This document shows, piece after piece, positions 55,146-64,000 of a stretch of 64,000 nt of DNA. The notes beneath the pieces are model-generated. The model was not told the origin of the DNA. It saw only the letters and a program-made list of their open reading frames with translations, and did no database searches. The first letter of the stretch is position 1. The number at the start of each line of letters is the position of its first letter. The stretch comes from Syntrophales bacterium (GTDB lineage Bacteria; Desulfobacterota; Syntrophia; Syntrophales; UBA6807): positions 192,001-256,000 of the forward strand of contig JAXGPA010000001.1 of assembly GCA_040767195.1 (NCBI GenBank), written 5' to 3'. The position numbers were made by a program, and so were the translations under genes.

Positions 55146-56846
55146 GTGAAGTTTTATCCGGCTGTTCTCAGCACTTTCCTCAGCATCGCCAACACAAAGC
55201 GCAACCTCCGGCTCATCTTCAGGTTTGTCGCCGCCCTCGTCGTCATTGTTTTCCTGTACAGCACCCTGTTTCATTTTCTCATGGCCCTGGAAGGCCAGGA
55301 CCACTCCTGGCTCACAGGGTTTTACTGGACCCTCACGGTGATGACCACCCTGGGTTTCGGCGACATCACCTTTCAGTCAGACCTGGGCCGCGCCTTTTCC
55401 ATCGTCGTGATGCTCACGGGGGTGATTTTTCTCCTGACCCTTCTGCCCTTCATCATCATCCGCTTTTTCTATGCCTCCTGGGTCGAGGCCGACGCGAGAC
55501 ACCGGGCGCCCAGGGAACTGCCTCCGGAAACGAAAGACCACGTCATCATCACGCACAACGACCCGGTCACCCTGGCACTCATCGAAAAACTGAAGGATTA
55601 CGGACAGGAATACGTCCTGATCGTGGAGGACATACGGCAGGCGCTGGAACTCCATGACGGGGGCCTTCGCGTCGCTGTGGGGAGCATCGACGACCCGGAA
55701 ACCTACCGGAAGATGCGGGTCGAGGGGGCGTCCCTCGTGGTGGCCACCAACGGCGACGAAATCAACACCAACATCGCCTTCACCGTTCGGGAGCTGACGG
55801 GGACCGTGCCGATCCTGACCACCGCCGATTCCCCCTTTTCCGAGGATATCCTGCAGATGGCCGGGAGCAGCAGGGTCCTTCAGATCTATGATGTCCTGGG
55901 AAGTTCCCTGGCGACGTGGACCGTCGGAGGGGACTGCCGCGCCAATATCATCATCCGATTCGACGAACTCATCATCGCCGAGTTCCCCGCCATGGGAACG
56001 CCGCTGGTGGGGCAGACGCTCTCCGAAAGCCGCCTGCGGGAAAATATCGGCGTGACTGTCGTCGGTATCTGGCAACGGGGCCGTTTCGAAAGCCCTACAG
56101 CCGACAGCCGGATCGATCATAACACGGTCCTGGTGCTGGCCGGCTCGGAGGACAACATGGCCGCCTTCAACGAGGTGTATTCCTTTTACCATATCTGCCA
56201 GCTCACGGCGAACCCGGTCCTCATCATCGGCGCAGGAAGGGTGGGACACACCATCGCCGAGCGTTTCCGGGAACGGGAGATGCCCTATCTCATCATCGAC
56301 AAGAACCCCCGGCGGATCCAGGAAGACGAGAAGCATTACATCGTCGGGGACGCCGCGGACATCCGCACCCTCCAGAGGGCCTGGATAGAAAAAGCCCCGG
56401 CGGCACTCGTCACCACCCACAGCGACGACACCAACATCTACCTGACCAAGTATCTTCGAAGCCTGCGTCCGGACCTTCAGATCTTGAGCCGGGCCAACCT
56501 GGACCGCAACGTTTCGACCCTTCACCGGGCCGGCGCGGATTTCGTCATGTCCTACGCCACGCTGGGGGCGAACGCCATCTTGAATTTTCTCAGGAAAGAA
56601 GGGACCCTCATGATTGCCGAGGGTCTCAACATCTTTCACCTTCAGGCCCCGGAGGCCCTGGTCGGCAAGACGCTGGCCCAGTCCAGGATCCGGGAAGAGA
56701 CCGGCTGTTCCGTCGTCGCCATCCGGAGATCGGGACAACTGGGCATCACGCCGGACCCGCAGGTTCCCATACGGAAAGATGACGAACTGATTCTCATCGG
56801 CTCCGTGGAGGGCGAAAAGAACTTCCTGCACTGGGGTAGGAAATGA
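55146..56846 (+). CDS. Potassium channel protein with tandem TrkA-N/TrkA-C (RCK) domains
   Basis: Selectivity filter TMTTLGFGD, two RCK repeats (IIGAGRVG); GTG 55146 has a GGGAG SD, ATG 55119 is the alternative start. Confidence 0.9.
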   Translation: MKFYPAVLSTFLSIANTKRNLRLIFRFVAALVVIVFLYSTLFHFLMALEGQDHSWLTGFYWTLTVMTTLGFGDITFQSDLGRAFSIVVMLTGVIFLLTLLPFIIIRFFYASWVEADARHRAPRELPPETKDHVIITHNDPVTLALIEKLKDYGQEYVLIVEDIRQALELHDGGLRVAVGSIDDPETYRKMRVEGASLVVATNGDEINTNIAFTVRELTGTVPILTTADSPFSEDILQMAGSSRVLQIYDVLGSSLATWTVGGDCRANIIIRFDELIIAEFPAMGTPLVGQTLSESRLRENIGVTVVGIWQRGRFESPTADSRIDHNTVLVLAGSEDNMAAFNEVYSFYHICQLTANPVLIIGAGRVGHTIAERFREREMPYLIIDKNPRRIQEDEKHYIVGDAADIRTLQRAWIEKAPAALVTTHSDDTNIYLTKYLRSLRPDLQILSRANLDRNVSTLHRAGADFVMSYATLGANAILNFLRKEGTLMIAEGLNIFHLQAPEALVGKTLAQSRIREETGCSVVAIRRSGQLGITPDPQVPIRKDDELILIGSVEGEKNFLHWGRK

Positions 56847-56934
56847 CCTTCCCGGGGCTTGCCGGACCCTGAAAAAAACCGGGGGGTACGGCGAAAAGTC
56901 TCTCCCGGGGGCCCAGACCGTCGAAGAAATCAAA

Positions 56935-56966
56935 AAAGGGGTCACGGCATTACCCGTAACCCCTTG
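56935..56966 (-). terminator. Hairpin/terminator after tRNA-Val
   Basis: Minus strand AAGGGGTTACGG-GTAATG-CCGTGACCCCTTTTTT. Confidence 0.6.
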
Positions 56967-56973
56967 ATTTTCA

Positions 56974-57048
56974 TGGTAGGCGGTACTGGATTTGAACCAG
57001 TGACTTCTACCGTGTGAAGGTAGCACTCTCCCGCTGAGTTAACCGCCC
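56974..57048 (-). tRNA. tRNA-Val(CAC)
   Basis: 75-nt cloverleaf, anticodon stem-loop CTACC-TTCACAC-GGTAG, encoded CCA. Confidence 0.95.
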
Positions 57049-57335
57049 GTTGCGTGGTAGATGTTTATACCGTAAAGAACCCCCTTTTTCAAGCCAAAAA
57101 AACAATGGGGAGAAACGAAAGAAGCGGCCCTTCATTTTTCCTTTTCTTTTTGATATCTTTAAATAAGAATGTGCTTTCTGGAACCTGACGCCGCGCCGTT
57201 CCGGCGGCGAACTCACTGTGGTCCGCCGGTGGAATCGGTCCGGACGATGGCGGCGTTCCCGGGAAACGGAACAACCAGGCGAACGGCGGCTGTCGCCGAC
57301 ACGAAAAGATTATCTTCCATTCAGGAGGTGGGCCG

Positions 57336-57563
57336 ATGAAAAAGTTCGAATACGAGATCACCCTTCATCCCCTGGAACAGTTCAAGAAAGTCGCTTTTTT
57401 CTGCACCCAGGAGGGGGCGTGCAGTCTCGAGGAACTGCCGTCCGATCAGATCAGCCTTCTGAAAGAACTCCTCAACCGGCGGGGAGAGGAGAGCTGGGAA
57501 CTTGTCGACATGGCCTTCGGCAAGGACGGTCTTTTGGCTTTCTGGAAAAAGGAAAAGTTATGA
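57336..57563 (+). CDS. Small hypothetical protein (DUF4177-like)
   Basis: MKKFEYEI...CTQEGAC...LNRRGEESWELV...FWKK; AGGAGG SD. Confidence 0.7.
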   Translation: MKKFEYEITLHPLEQFKKVAFFCTQEGACSLEELPSDQISLLKELLNRRGEESWELVDMAFGKDGLLAFWKKEKL

Positions 57564-57582
57564 GAAAAAGAGGAACGGCGCC

Positions 57583-57783
57583 ATGAGAAAAACAATCCGC
57601 ATCCGGGGCATGTCCTGCCGTCACTGCGTCATGGCCGTTACCGAAGCCCTGGAGGATATGGAGGGCGTGGAAAACGTCACGGTGAACCTCGAAAAGGGGG
57701 AAGCTTCCTTCGACGAAACCCGCCCCGTGGACCGGGATATCCTCCGGCAGCGCATCGAGGACGCGGGATACGAGCTTGATTAA
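57583..57783 (+). CDS. copZ: Copper chaperone CopZ (HMA domain)
   Basis: GMSCRHC, IEDAGY; start moved to ATG 57583. Confidence 0.9.
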   Translation: MRKTIRIRGMSCRHCVMAVTEALEDMEGVENVTVNLEKGEASFDETRPVDRDILRQRIEDAGYELD

Positions 57784-60274
57784 AAAAACCTTTCACATCC
57801 AGGGCATGACCTGCGCCGCCTGTGTCTCCCGGATTGAACGGGCTCTGGCGGCGATGGAAGGTGTCCAGAAGGTTTCCGTGAACCTGGCCTCGCACAGGGG
57901 AACGATCACCTACGACGAGAAAAAAATTGATTTTCCCGCCATCCGGGAGATGGTCCGGAAAACAGGTTACGAAGCCGTCGAAACAGCACCGGGCTCCCGC
58001 GGACAATCCGGAAAAACCCTGATTTCCATCGGCGGCATGACCTGCGCCGCCTGTGTCCGCCGGGTGGAAAAGGCCCTGAAAGCCCTGCCCGGCGTTGATG
58101 ACGCCCTGGTGAACCTGGCAACGGCCCGGGCCACCCTGCTCCACGGGGCGGATCCCCCCGATCCCGGTCTCGTGGAAAAAACGGTCCGGGACGCGGGGTA
58201 TGACTACCTGGGCGTCGTCCACGGAAAGAGGGAAGACCCCGTCGAGACGCTTCGCCAGGAAGAGCTCCGGGACTTGAAACGAAAAGTCGCCGCCGGGGCC
58301 CTTCTCAGCGTCCTCATCTTCATGGGCTCCATGCAGCACTGGTTCCCCTTTCTCGCCGCCGTGCCCCGCCCGTCCATGCTGGTTCTCCTCCTCGTTCTTT
58401 CCACGCCGGCCGTCTTCTGGGTGGGAAGCCGGTTCTATTCCGGCGCCCTCAGGGCCCTGGCCGGAAAGACGTCGGACATGAACACCCTTGTCGCCCTGGG
58501 GTCCTTTTCCGCATACCTGTACTCCGCCGCCGCCACCCTGAACCCCGGGTTCTTCGAAAAGGCAGGGATCACGCCCCACGTATACTACGACGGGGCCGCC
58601 ATGATCGTGACCCTGGTCCTTCTCGGCCGTCTTCTCGAAGCCGGCGCCCGGGGAAAAACGTCCCAGGCCGTGCGGAAACTCGTGAACCTTCGCCCCCTGT
58701 CGGCCCGCGTGATCCGGGATGGGGTGGAACGGGACATCCCGGTGGAAGCGGTGTCTCCCGGGGATGTCATCCGGGTACGCCCGGGGGAGAAAATCCCCAC
58801 CGATGGAACGGTCCTCGAGGGGGTGTCCTATGTGGACGAATCCATGCTCACCGGCGAAAGCGTCCCCGTGACGAAAAAAAAGGAAGACCCCCTCTTTGCC
58901 GGGACGGTGAACGGAAACGGCAGCCTTCTTTTTCGCGCGGACCGGGTGGGCGCCGACACGACCCTCGCCCGGATCATCGGGATGGTGGAAGAAGCCCAGG
59001 GTTCCAAGGCCCCGATCCAGCGATTCGCCGACCGGGTTGCGGCGGTCTTTGTCCCCGCCGTTCTGACGGCGGCGGTTTTCACTTTCATCGTCTGGAATTT
59101 TCTCGTTCCCCACCCCGATTTCACCCGGGCCCTGCTCAATTTCGTCTCCGTCCTCATCATCGCCTGCCCCTGCGCCATGGGCCTGGCCACGCCCACCGCC
59201 GTGATGGTCGGAATCGGACTCGGGGCTGAAAGGGGCATCCTCATCAAGGGAGGCGAGGTCCTGGAAAAGGCCCGCAAACTCGACACGGTTCTCTTCGACA
59301 AGACGGGCACGCTGACGGAAGGGGCCCTCACGGTGACGGACGTCGTTCCGGCCCCTGGCATCGAACGCCTTTCCCTTCTCGAGAGCGCCGTCTCCCTGGA
59401 GGCCCTGTCGGAACACCCCATCGCCCAGGCCGTCGTCCGGGAAGGGGCTTCCCTGGGCGTCAAGCCGGGGAAAGTGGCTGAATTCGAAGCCGACCCGGGT
59501 CTCGGCGCCCGCGGGAAGCTGGGAAGCGGGACCGTCCTTGCGGGAAACGGGGCCTACATGGCCGCCCGGGGAGTTATCCTGGAGACGATTGAAAAACAGG
59601 CGAAACCACATGTTCGGGAAGGTAAAACGGTCATCTTCATCGCACGGAACGGAAAACCGGAAGGGCTCATCGCCCTTGCGGACCTGGCCCGGGACTCGGC
59701 CCGGCCCGCCCTCGGGCGGCTCCGAAAAATGGGACTCGCCCTTGTCATGATAACCGGCGACAGCCGGCAAACAGCGGGGGCCGTCGGCGAAAACCTGGGC
59801 ATGGACCGCGTCCTCGCCGAGGTCCTCCCCCGGAACAAGGCCGACGAGGTCCTGCGCTTGCAGAAAGAAGGAAGGACCGTGGCCATGGTGGGGGACGGCA
59901 TCAACGACGCCCCCGCCCTGGCGGCAGCCGACCTCGGGATCGCCGTCGGGTCGGGCACCGATGTGGCCATCGAGACGGGGGACGTGGTCCTCATGCGAAG
60001 CGACCTGACCCTGGTCCCTGACGCGATCACCCTTTCCGCCCTCACCCTCCGGGTCATCAGGCAAAATCTCTTCTGGGCCTTTTTTTACAACACCCTGGGC
60101 ATTCCCGTCGCCGCCGGGGCCCTTTACCCTTTTTTCGGCCTTTTTCTCAACCCCATGTTCGCCGCCGGGGCCATGGCCCTGAGTTCCGTTTCCGTGGTGG
60201 GAAATTCGCTCCGTCTCCGGAGACTCTGGCGGCGAAGCCTTCAGTCTTTTCCAGGAGAGAAAGGGGTCCCATGA
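57776..60274 (+). CDS. copA: Cu(I)-translocating P1B-type ATPase
   Basis: Two GMTCAAC domains, [29 protein letters not shown]. Confidence 0.95.
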   Translation: MIKKTFHIQGMTCAACVSRIERALAAMEGVQKVSVNLASHRGTITYDEKKIDFPAIREMVRKTGYEAVETAPGSRGQSGKTLISIGGMTCAACVRRVEKALKALPGVDDALVNLATARATLLHGADPPDPGLVEKTVRDAGYDYLGVVHGKREDPVETLRQEELRDLKRKVAAGALLSVLIFMGSMQHWFPFLAAVPRPSMLVLLLVLSTPAVFWVGSRFYSGALRALAGKTSDMNTLVALGSFSAYLYSAAATLNPGFFEKAGITPHVYYDGAAMIVTLVLLGRLLEAGARGKTSQAVRKLVNLRPLSARVIRDGVERDIPVEAVSPGDVIRVRPGEKIPTDGTVLEGVSYVDESMLTGESVPVTKKKEDPLFAGTVNGNGSLLFRADRVGADTTLARIIGMVEEAQGSKAPIQRFADRVAAVFVPAVLTAAVFTFIVWNFLVPHPDFTRALLNFVSVLIIACPCAMGLATPTAVMVGIGLGAERGILIKGGEVLEKARKLDTVLFDKTGTLTEGALTVTDVVPAPGIERLSLLESAVSLEALSEHPIAQAVVREGASLGVKPGKVAEFEADPGLGARGKLGSGTVLAGNGAYMAARGVILETIEKQAKPHVREGKTVIFIARNGKPEGLIALADLARDSARPALGRLRKMGLALVMITGDSRQTAGAVGENLGMDRVLAEVLPRNKADEVLRLQKEGRTVAMVGDGINDAPALAAADLGIAVGSGTDVAIETGDVVLMRSDLTLVPDAITLSALTLRVIRQNLFWAFFYNTLGIPVAAGALYPFFGLFLNPMFAAGAMALSSVSVVGNSLRLRRLWRRSLQSFPGEKGVP

Positions 60275-60384
60275 CTTTTGAATCCCGGCGTGATTCCCGG
60301 CACGGCCTGAAGAAACGCCTGTCAGGCTCTCCGGACCGGCTTTGAAACGGCGACGGCAGGCGTTACTCACCCGCTCCGACAGCA

Positions 60385-60435
60385 CCGCGATCATCCCCGC
60401 AATCAACAATCTCCGCGATCACCGCGATCACCGAT
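60385..60435 (+). repeat. Direct repeats of CCGCGATCA upstream of a promoter
   Basis: Copies at 60385, 60397 (CCGCAATCA), 60413, 60422, partial at 60431. Confidence 0.6.
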
Positions 60436-60463
60436 TGACAGGATGAGGAGAGGAAATTATAAT
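60435..60463 (+). promoter_or_regulatory. Perfect consensus sigma70 promoter
   Basis: TTGACA-17 nt-TATAAT. Confidence 0.8.
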
Positions 60464-60605
60464 AAAAGCGAAAGAGTCGCCACAGGAATCGGAACGGGTG
60501 TTCCTGCAGGGGGAACGCCGGTGGCGGCTTCGGGACCCTTACCGGGCAGGAGGCGGCAAGGGTCTGCGAAGGGTGAATCCACTCCAGGGAAAGGAGGGAA
60601 AGACC

Positions 60606-60899
60606 ATGAAAGCGGGTGTTGTTTTTACCGGAACCGGTCCCATTCTCATCCTCACGTCCTACGATTCACTGACCGACGCGGCATTCGTCGAGAAGATGGC
60701 CATGAAGGGAATCAAGAAGTTCATTGCCTACGAGATTCCCGTGGAAAAGGTCAAGGGCAGGTACAGGGCTCAGTTCGACATCATTCTCGGCGACCTCAAC
60801 CAGACGGACGACCTTCGGGTCCTTGACTACAACGGTCACAACATCTTCTATAATTTCAACTTTTCGGAACTGGGAGAGCCCATTCTCTATGAGCCCTGA
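60606..60899 (+). CDS. Conserved-looking hypothetical cytosolic protein (97 aa)
   Basis: MKAGVVFTGTGPILILTSY...KFIAYE...DLRVLDYNG; GGAGG SD. Confidence 0.75.
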   Translation: MKAGVVFTGTGPILILTSYDSLTDAAFVEKMAMKGIKKFIAYEIPVEKVKGRYRAQFDIILGDLNQTDDLRVLDYNGHNIFYNFNFSELGEPILYEP

Positions 60900-60951
60900 C
60901 GGGCGGGAGGTTCGTCGAACCCCTTGTGACAGCGGATTTTAAAGCCCTGAG

Positions 60952-60988
60952 AAAAAAAGGCCCGTGCCGTCGGCACGGGCCTTTTTTT
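60952..60988. terminator. Bidirectional intrinsic terminator
   Basis: A7-GGCCCGTGCCG-T-CGGCACGGGCC-T7 between convergent genes. Confidence 0.85.
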
Positions 60989-60989
60989 C

Positions 60990-62480
60990 TCAGTAGTCGG
61001 GACGGACCCACTCGGGGAAAAACGCCGGTCTCATGGGATCCCACCGCCCCACGAGACGGTCGAAAGAGGGATGGGGCAGGGTTTCCTTGAAGATCCTGTA
61101 GTAGTAAAGTTCCTCCACCGACGCGAGCCGGGGGTTTCCCTCCAGGGCGTTGAAACGTTTCAGTTCATCCTCCGATATGGCTTTTTCCGCCTGCCGGCGC
61201 ATGATGTAGGCGACCCCGGACCCCTGGGCGAAGAAGCGCTTCGTCTGGTAGATGATGTGGTCCGGAAGGACGCCTTCGAATGCTCCGCGAAGAATCCATT
61301 TGCCCGTCTGTTCATGGCCGTGTATCTTGCTTTCCAGGGGAATTTTCAGGGCAAAGTCCATGACCTTTCCGTCCAGGAAAGGCGTCCGGCTTTCATAGGA
61401 ATTGGCGGCGTTCAACCGGTCCAGTCTCTGCAGGGCCGTGTTGTGGGCGACCTGGATGAGATACTCGATGATGCCGGCCCGCTCCTCGGGATTGCGGGCC
61501 TCCTTGTACTGGCCGTCATACCCTCCGAAAAATTCGTCCGCACCCTCGCCGGTGAGGACGCACTTCGCCTTGCCTTTGATGAAACGCCCGGCCAGGAAAT
61601 TGGCGATCGCCCCGTGAACGCAGCTTTCTTCATACATTTCCTGGTGGCGGATGGCCTGAGGCAGGATCTCTTCGATTTCCCTCTCACCGAACATGAGAAT
61701 CTCGTGTTTCAAACCCAGACAGGCGGCCACGTCTTTCGCCAGGGGAAGATCCTGCCCTTCCTCCATGCTTACGGTGAAGCAGGCGATGTCGGGCTTTATC
61801 TCCCGGGCCATCCAGGCGATGAGGCTGCTGTCCAGGCCGCCGCTGAGAAGGACCCCCGTGACGGCCTGGTCCCGCATGCGTTTTTCCGTCGCTTCCACGA
61901 GGAGGTCCCTGACGACTTTCCGCGCCTGTTCTTCACTCTCGTATTCCGGCGTTTCGACCGCTTCGTTTTTATACCGGCGAAAACCCGTCTCCCGGGAATA
62001 AACGTAGCCCGGGGGGAAGTGCCGGATGTTGAAGCTGATGTCAACCAGGGCTTTCGCTTCCGAAGCGAAACACAGGTTTCCGTCACCGTCGTTCCCGTAA
62101 TAGAGGGGCTTGATGCCTGCCCCATCCCGGGCGAGAATAAGGCGGTTCCCATCGGCTACGGCGCACGCGAAGTCACCGTCCACCCGGGCCGCGAAGCCGT
62201 CGCCGTATCTGTCGTAAAGGTCGAGAATCACCGCGGCGTCGCTTTCGCTTTTTCCCGCTCCGTTGTACACCCGGCCGTCCAGGGCGACGGCCCGGGCCCC
62301 TCTCGACGCCCAGTGGGAAAGGCCCGGGCGGGTGCCCCCCACCTTCAGTTCGTTGCATCCTATGTGGACGGTACCATTTCCATGCTTGCACGTTTCATCG
62401 GGACCCCGATACCGGATTTTCTCAAGCATCCGGTCCAGGGTTCCCCCGTCCTTTCCTAAAACACCTGCGATTCCCGCCAT
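60990..62480 (-). CDS. Asparagine synthetase B-like amide ligase lacking the catalytic Cys (MAGIAG)
   Basis: ARDGAGIKPLYY, FASEAKAL, LSGGLDSS, TGEGADE, RTPFLD, KWILR. Confidence 0.85.
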   Translation of the reverse strand: MAGIAGVLGKDGGTLDRMLEKIRYRGPDETCKHGNGTVHIGCNELKVGGTRPGLSHWASRGARAVALDGRVYNGAGKSESDAAVILDLYDRYGDGFAARVDGDFACAVADGNRLILARDGAGIKPLYYGNDGDGNLCFASEAKALVDISFNIRHFPPGYVYSRETGFRRYKNEAVETPEYESEEQARKVVRDLLVEATEKRMRDQAVTGVLLSGGLDSSLIAWMAREIKPDIACFTVSMEEGQDLPLAKDVAACLGLKHEILMFGEREIEEILPQAIRHQEMYEESCVHGAIANFLAGRFIKGKAKCVLTGEGADEFFGGYDGQYKEARNPEERAGIIEYLIQVAHNTALQRLDRLNAANSYESRTPFLDGKVMDFALKIPLESKIHGHEQTGKWILRGAFEGVLPDHIIYQTKRFFAQGSGVAYIMRRQAEKAISEDELKRFNALEGNPRLASVEELYYYRIFKETLPHPSFDRLVGRWDPMRPAFFPEWVRPDY

Positions 62481-62575
62481 AAGAAATCAACATCCTCCCT
62501 TGTTTTTTTCCGGCCGCTCCAACGGCTCCGCAAAATACCCCGGACAAACATTCAAGGCCCCGTCCCCCGAGTCTC

Positions 62576-63259
62576 TCACGAAGCCGACCGGTAGGAATCG
62601 AGGATGCGCACCGCGTCGAAGCCGTCGGCGCAGTAAGCGTCGGCGCCGATCTCGCGGGCGAAGTCCTCCGACACCGCGGCGCCGCCGATGAGCACCTTGA
62701 CCGATTCCCGGAGGCCGGCCGCTTTCAGGGCTTCCACGATGTCACCCATGACGAGCATGGTCGTCGTCAGGAGCGCCGATAAACCGAGAAAATCCGGCTT
62801 GTTTTCCCGGACATACGAGACAATCTTGTCCGTGGCAACGTCGATGCCGAGATCGACCACCTCGTAGCCCGCGCCTTTCAGGAGAATGGCCACGATATTT
62901 TTCCCGATGTCGTGAATGTCTCCCTTGACGGTGACGATGGCGAATTTCCCCTTCATGGCGACGTCGGACGCCTCGAGATGGGGTTTCAGAATGTCCATGG
63001 CCTCGCTCACGGCCTCGGCCGAGGCCAGCATGTCCGGGACGTAATATTCCCCGGCGTTGAATTTTTCACCCACCACCTCCATGCCGGCGGTGAGTCCGTC
63101 GGCGATGATTTTCTTTGCTGGGACTTTATTTTCCAGCGCCGCCCGGGTCAGTTCCACCACACCGGGTCCGGTGAGGGTGTCGTCGATGCCCTCGTCCTCT
63201 TCGGTCATCCGGCCTTGAATGACGTTTTCCTTCAGTCTTTCTATGATTTCGTTGTTCAT
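62576..63259 (-). CDS. Methyltransferase cognate corrinoid protein
   Basis: B12 cap (GMEVVGEKF..YYVPDML), DIHDIGKN, SALLTTT, IGGAAV, IGADAY. Confidence 0.92.
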   Translation of the reverse strand: MNNEIIERLKENVIQGRMTEEDEGIDDTLTGPGVVELTRAALENKVPAKKIIADGLTAGMEVVGEKFNAGEYYVPDMLASAEAVSEAMDILKPHLEASDVAMKGKFAIVTVKGDIHDIGKNIVAILLKGAGYEVVDLGIDVATDKIVSYVRENKPDFLGLSALLTTTMLVMGDIVEALKAAGLRESVKVLIGGAAVSEDFAREIGADAYCADGFDAVRILDSYRSAS

Positions 63260-64000
63260 TATCCTCTCCCTTCTTTGTAGATGTTCAGCCGTGGCAGCAG
63301 GCCTGGTATTTCACTGAATATGCGTGATGTCTTTTCGCGGTCGATGGGCTCGACGGGTTTCGCCAGGAGGGCTTTCATCCGCTCATGGGCCAGGTGAAAA
63401 ACCCGGTCGCTGCGCCTGTCTCCCTCGAAGGCATAGAGAGGGGACAGGAGACCGCTTCGCATGACTTTCCGGACGTAACCGATGAAAAGCTTCTGCGGCG
63501 TCGGCAGTACCTTTCGGATCTGCCCGAGGATTTCCTCGATCTCCCCGTCGTCGATCCGGGGAGGCCTGAGAAAATGCCTGATCATGGCGAAATGGGCGTC
63601 ATCGAGCACCGCCTGGAGAGGGGAAAAGACAGCATTGCAGTCCAGGAGACCGTAGGCGCAGTGGAGAAACTGGGGCCCGCTCATGGTGACGGTGATATTG
63701 GAGAAAAGGCGCTCGACGGATGACTGCTGACCGGGAACCATGGCATCGCTGATCCCCGAGGTCGAATAATTCGGGATCCCATAGAACCGGGCCATCTGGG
63801 TGCAGTCGATGGTGTACTGGCTCGTTTCCACGGCGCCGTATGAATCGGCGAGCGTGTCCATCCGTGTTTTTGTGGGGACCGTTCCATACAGGATGGGCGT
63901 TCCCCCGTTGACAAGCTGCCCCAGGGTGATCCCCGCGAGAACTTCCGCGTTGATCTGGGCCAGGATGCCCGCTTCCTTGATGGGGGCGGTGCTCCCCGCC
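63259..64000 (-). CDS. MttB-family (trimethylamine methyltransferase-like) protein, non-pyrrolysine, 5' end outside window
   Basis: Open frame to the window edge: AGSTAPI..AGILAQINAEVLAG..LGQLVNGGTPILYG...MARFYGIP...SDAMVP. Confidence 0.8.
   Translation of the reverse strand, partial: AGSTAPIKEAGILAQINAEVLAGITLGQLVNGGTPILYGTVPTKTRMDTLADSYGAVETSQYTIDCTQMARFYGIPNYSTSGISDAMVPGQQSSVERLFSNITVTMSGPQFLHCAYGLLDCNAVFSPLQAVLDDAHFAMIRHFLRPPRIDDGEIEEILGQIRKVLPTPQKLFIGYVRKVMRSGLLSPLYAFEGDRRSDRVFHLAHERMKALLAKPVEPIDREKTSRIFSEIPGLLPRLNIYKEGRG

Noticed and set aside
56930..57048. tRNA-Val as attachment site of an integrated island
   Set aside because: No integrase and no duplicated tRNA 3' end seen in the window.
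57185..57300. GC-rich nested stems upstream of the copZ-copA unit as a riboswitch
   Set aside because: Pairing is plausible by chance at this GC content and no known motif was recognised.
57677..60409. Long antisense ORFs (910 aa here; also 32527-34797, 41957-43987, 50552-52627, 19510-21294, 26513-28438)
   Set aside because: Shadow frames opposite well-supported genes, expected with high-GC codon usage; no recognisable motifs.
60385..60435. Short repeats as a CRISPR array
   Set aside because: 9-bp units with 0-7 nt spacing and no cas genes; no CRISPR array seen anywhere in the window.

Overview
GC-rich chromosomal window, most likely from an anaerobic deltaproteobacterium (Desulfobacterota, Syntrophales-like, judged from gene content and rRNA appearance; not database-checked). 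The left third is core genome: ntrYX, lpxC, queH-ruvBAC-yebC, a complete 16S-tRNA-Ile-tRNA-Ala-23S-5S operon on the minus strand, tyrS, ymdB-rny, 6S RNA and zapAB. The most notable system is a five-gene operon at 23867-30601. Its first gene, a secreted octaheme c-type cytochrome, is interrupted by one in-frame TGA (24179-24181) followed by a GC-rich hairpin, which makes it a probable selenocysteine-containing multiheme cytochrome. It is followed by a secreted tandem rhodanese, a CbcL-like nonaheme/cytochrome-b quinol oxidase and a dedicated ResB/CcsA maturation pair, together a candidate periplasmic sulfur/polysulfide (or selenium) respiration module. Other non-obvious elements: two inverted copies of a ~165-bp MITE-like repeat, each with its own direct repeat; a LexA/UmuD-DinB cassette with a perfect 20-bp operator, divergent from the pgpA-cinA-thpR-recA-recX-alaS unit; a probable CTG start for pgpA; a sigma54-type promoter before lpxC; a candidate Na+ (DUF1646-type) riboswitch before a TrkA-domain channel; and an MttB-corrinoid-AsnB(Cys to Ala) cluster at the right edge.
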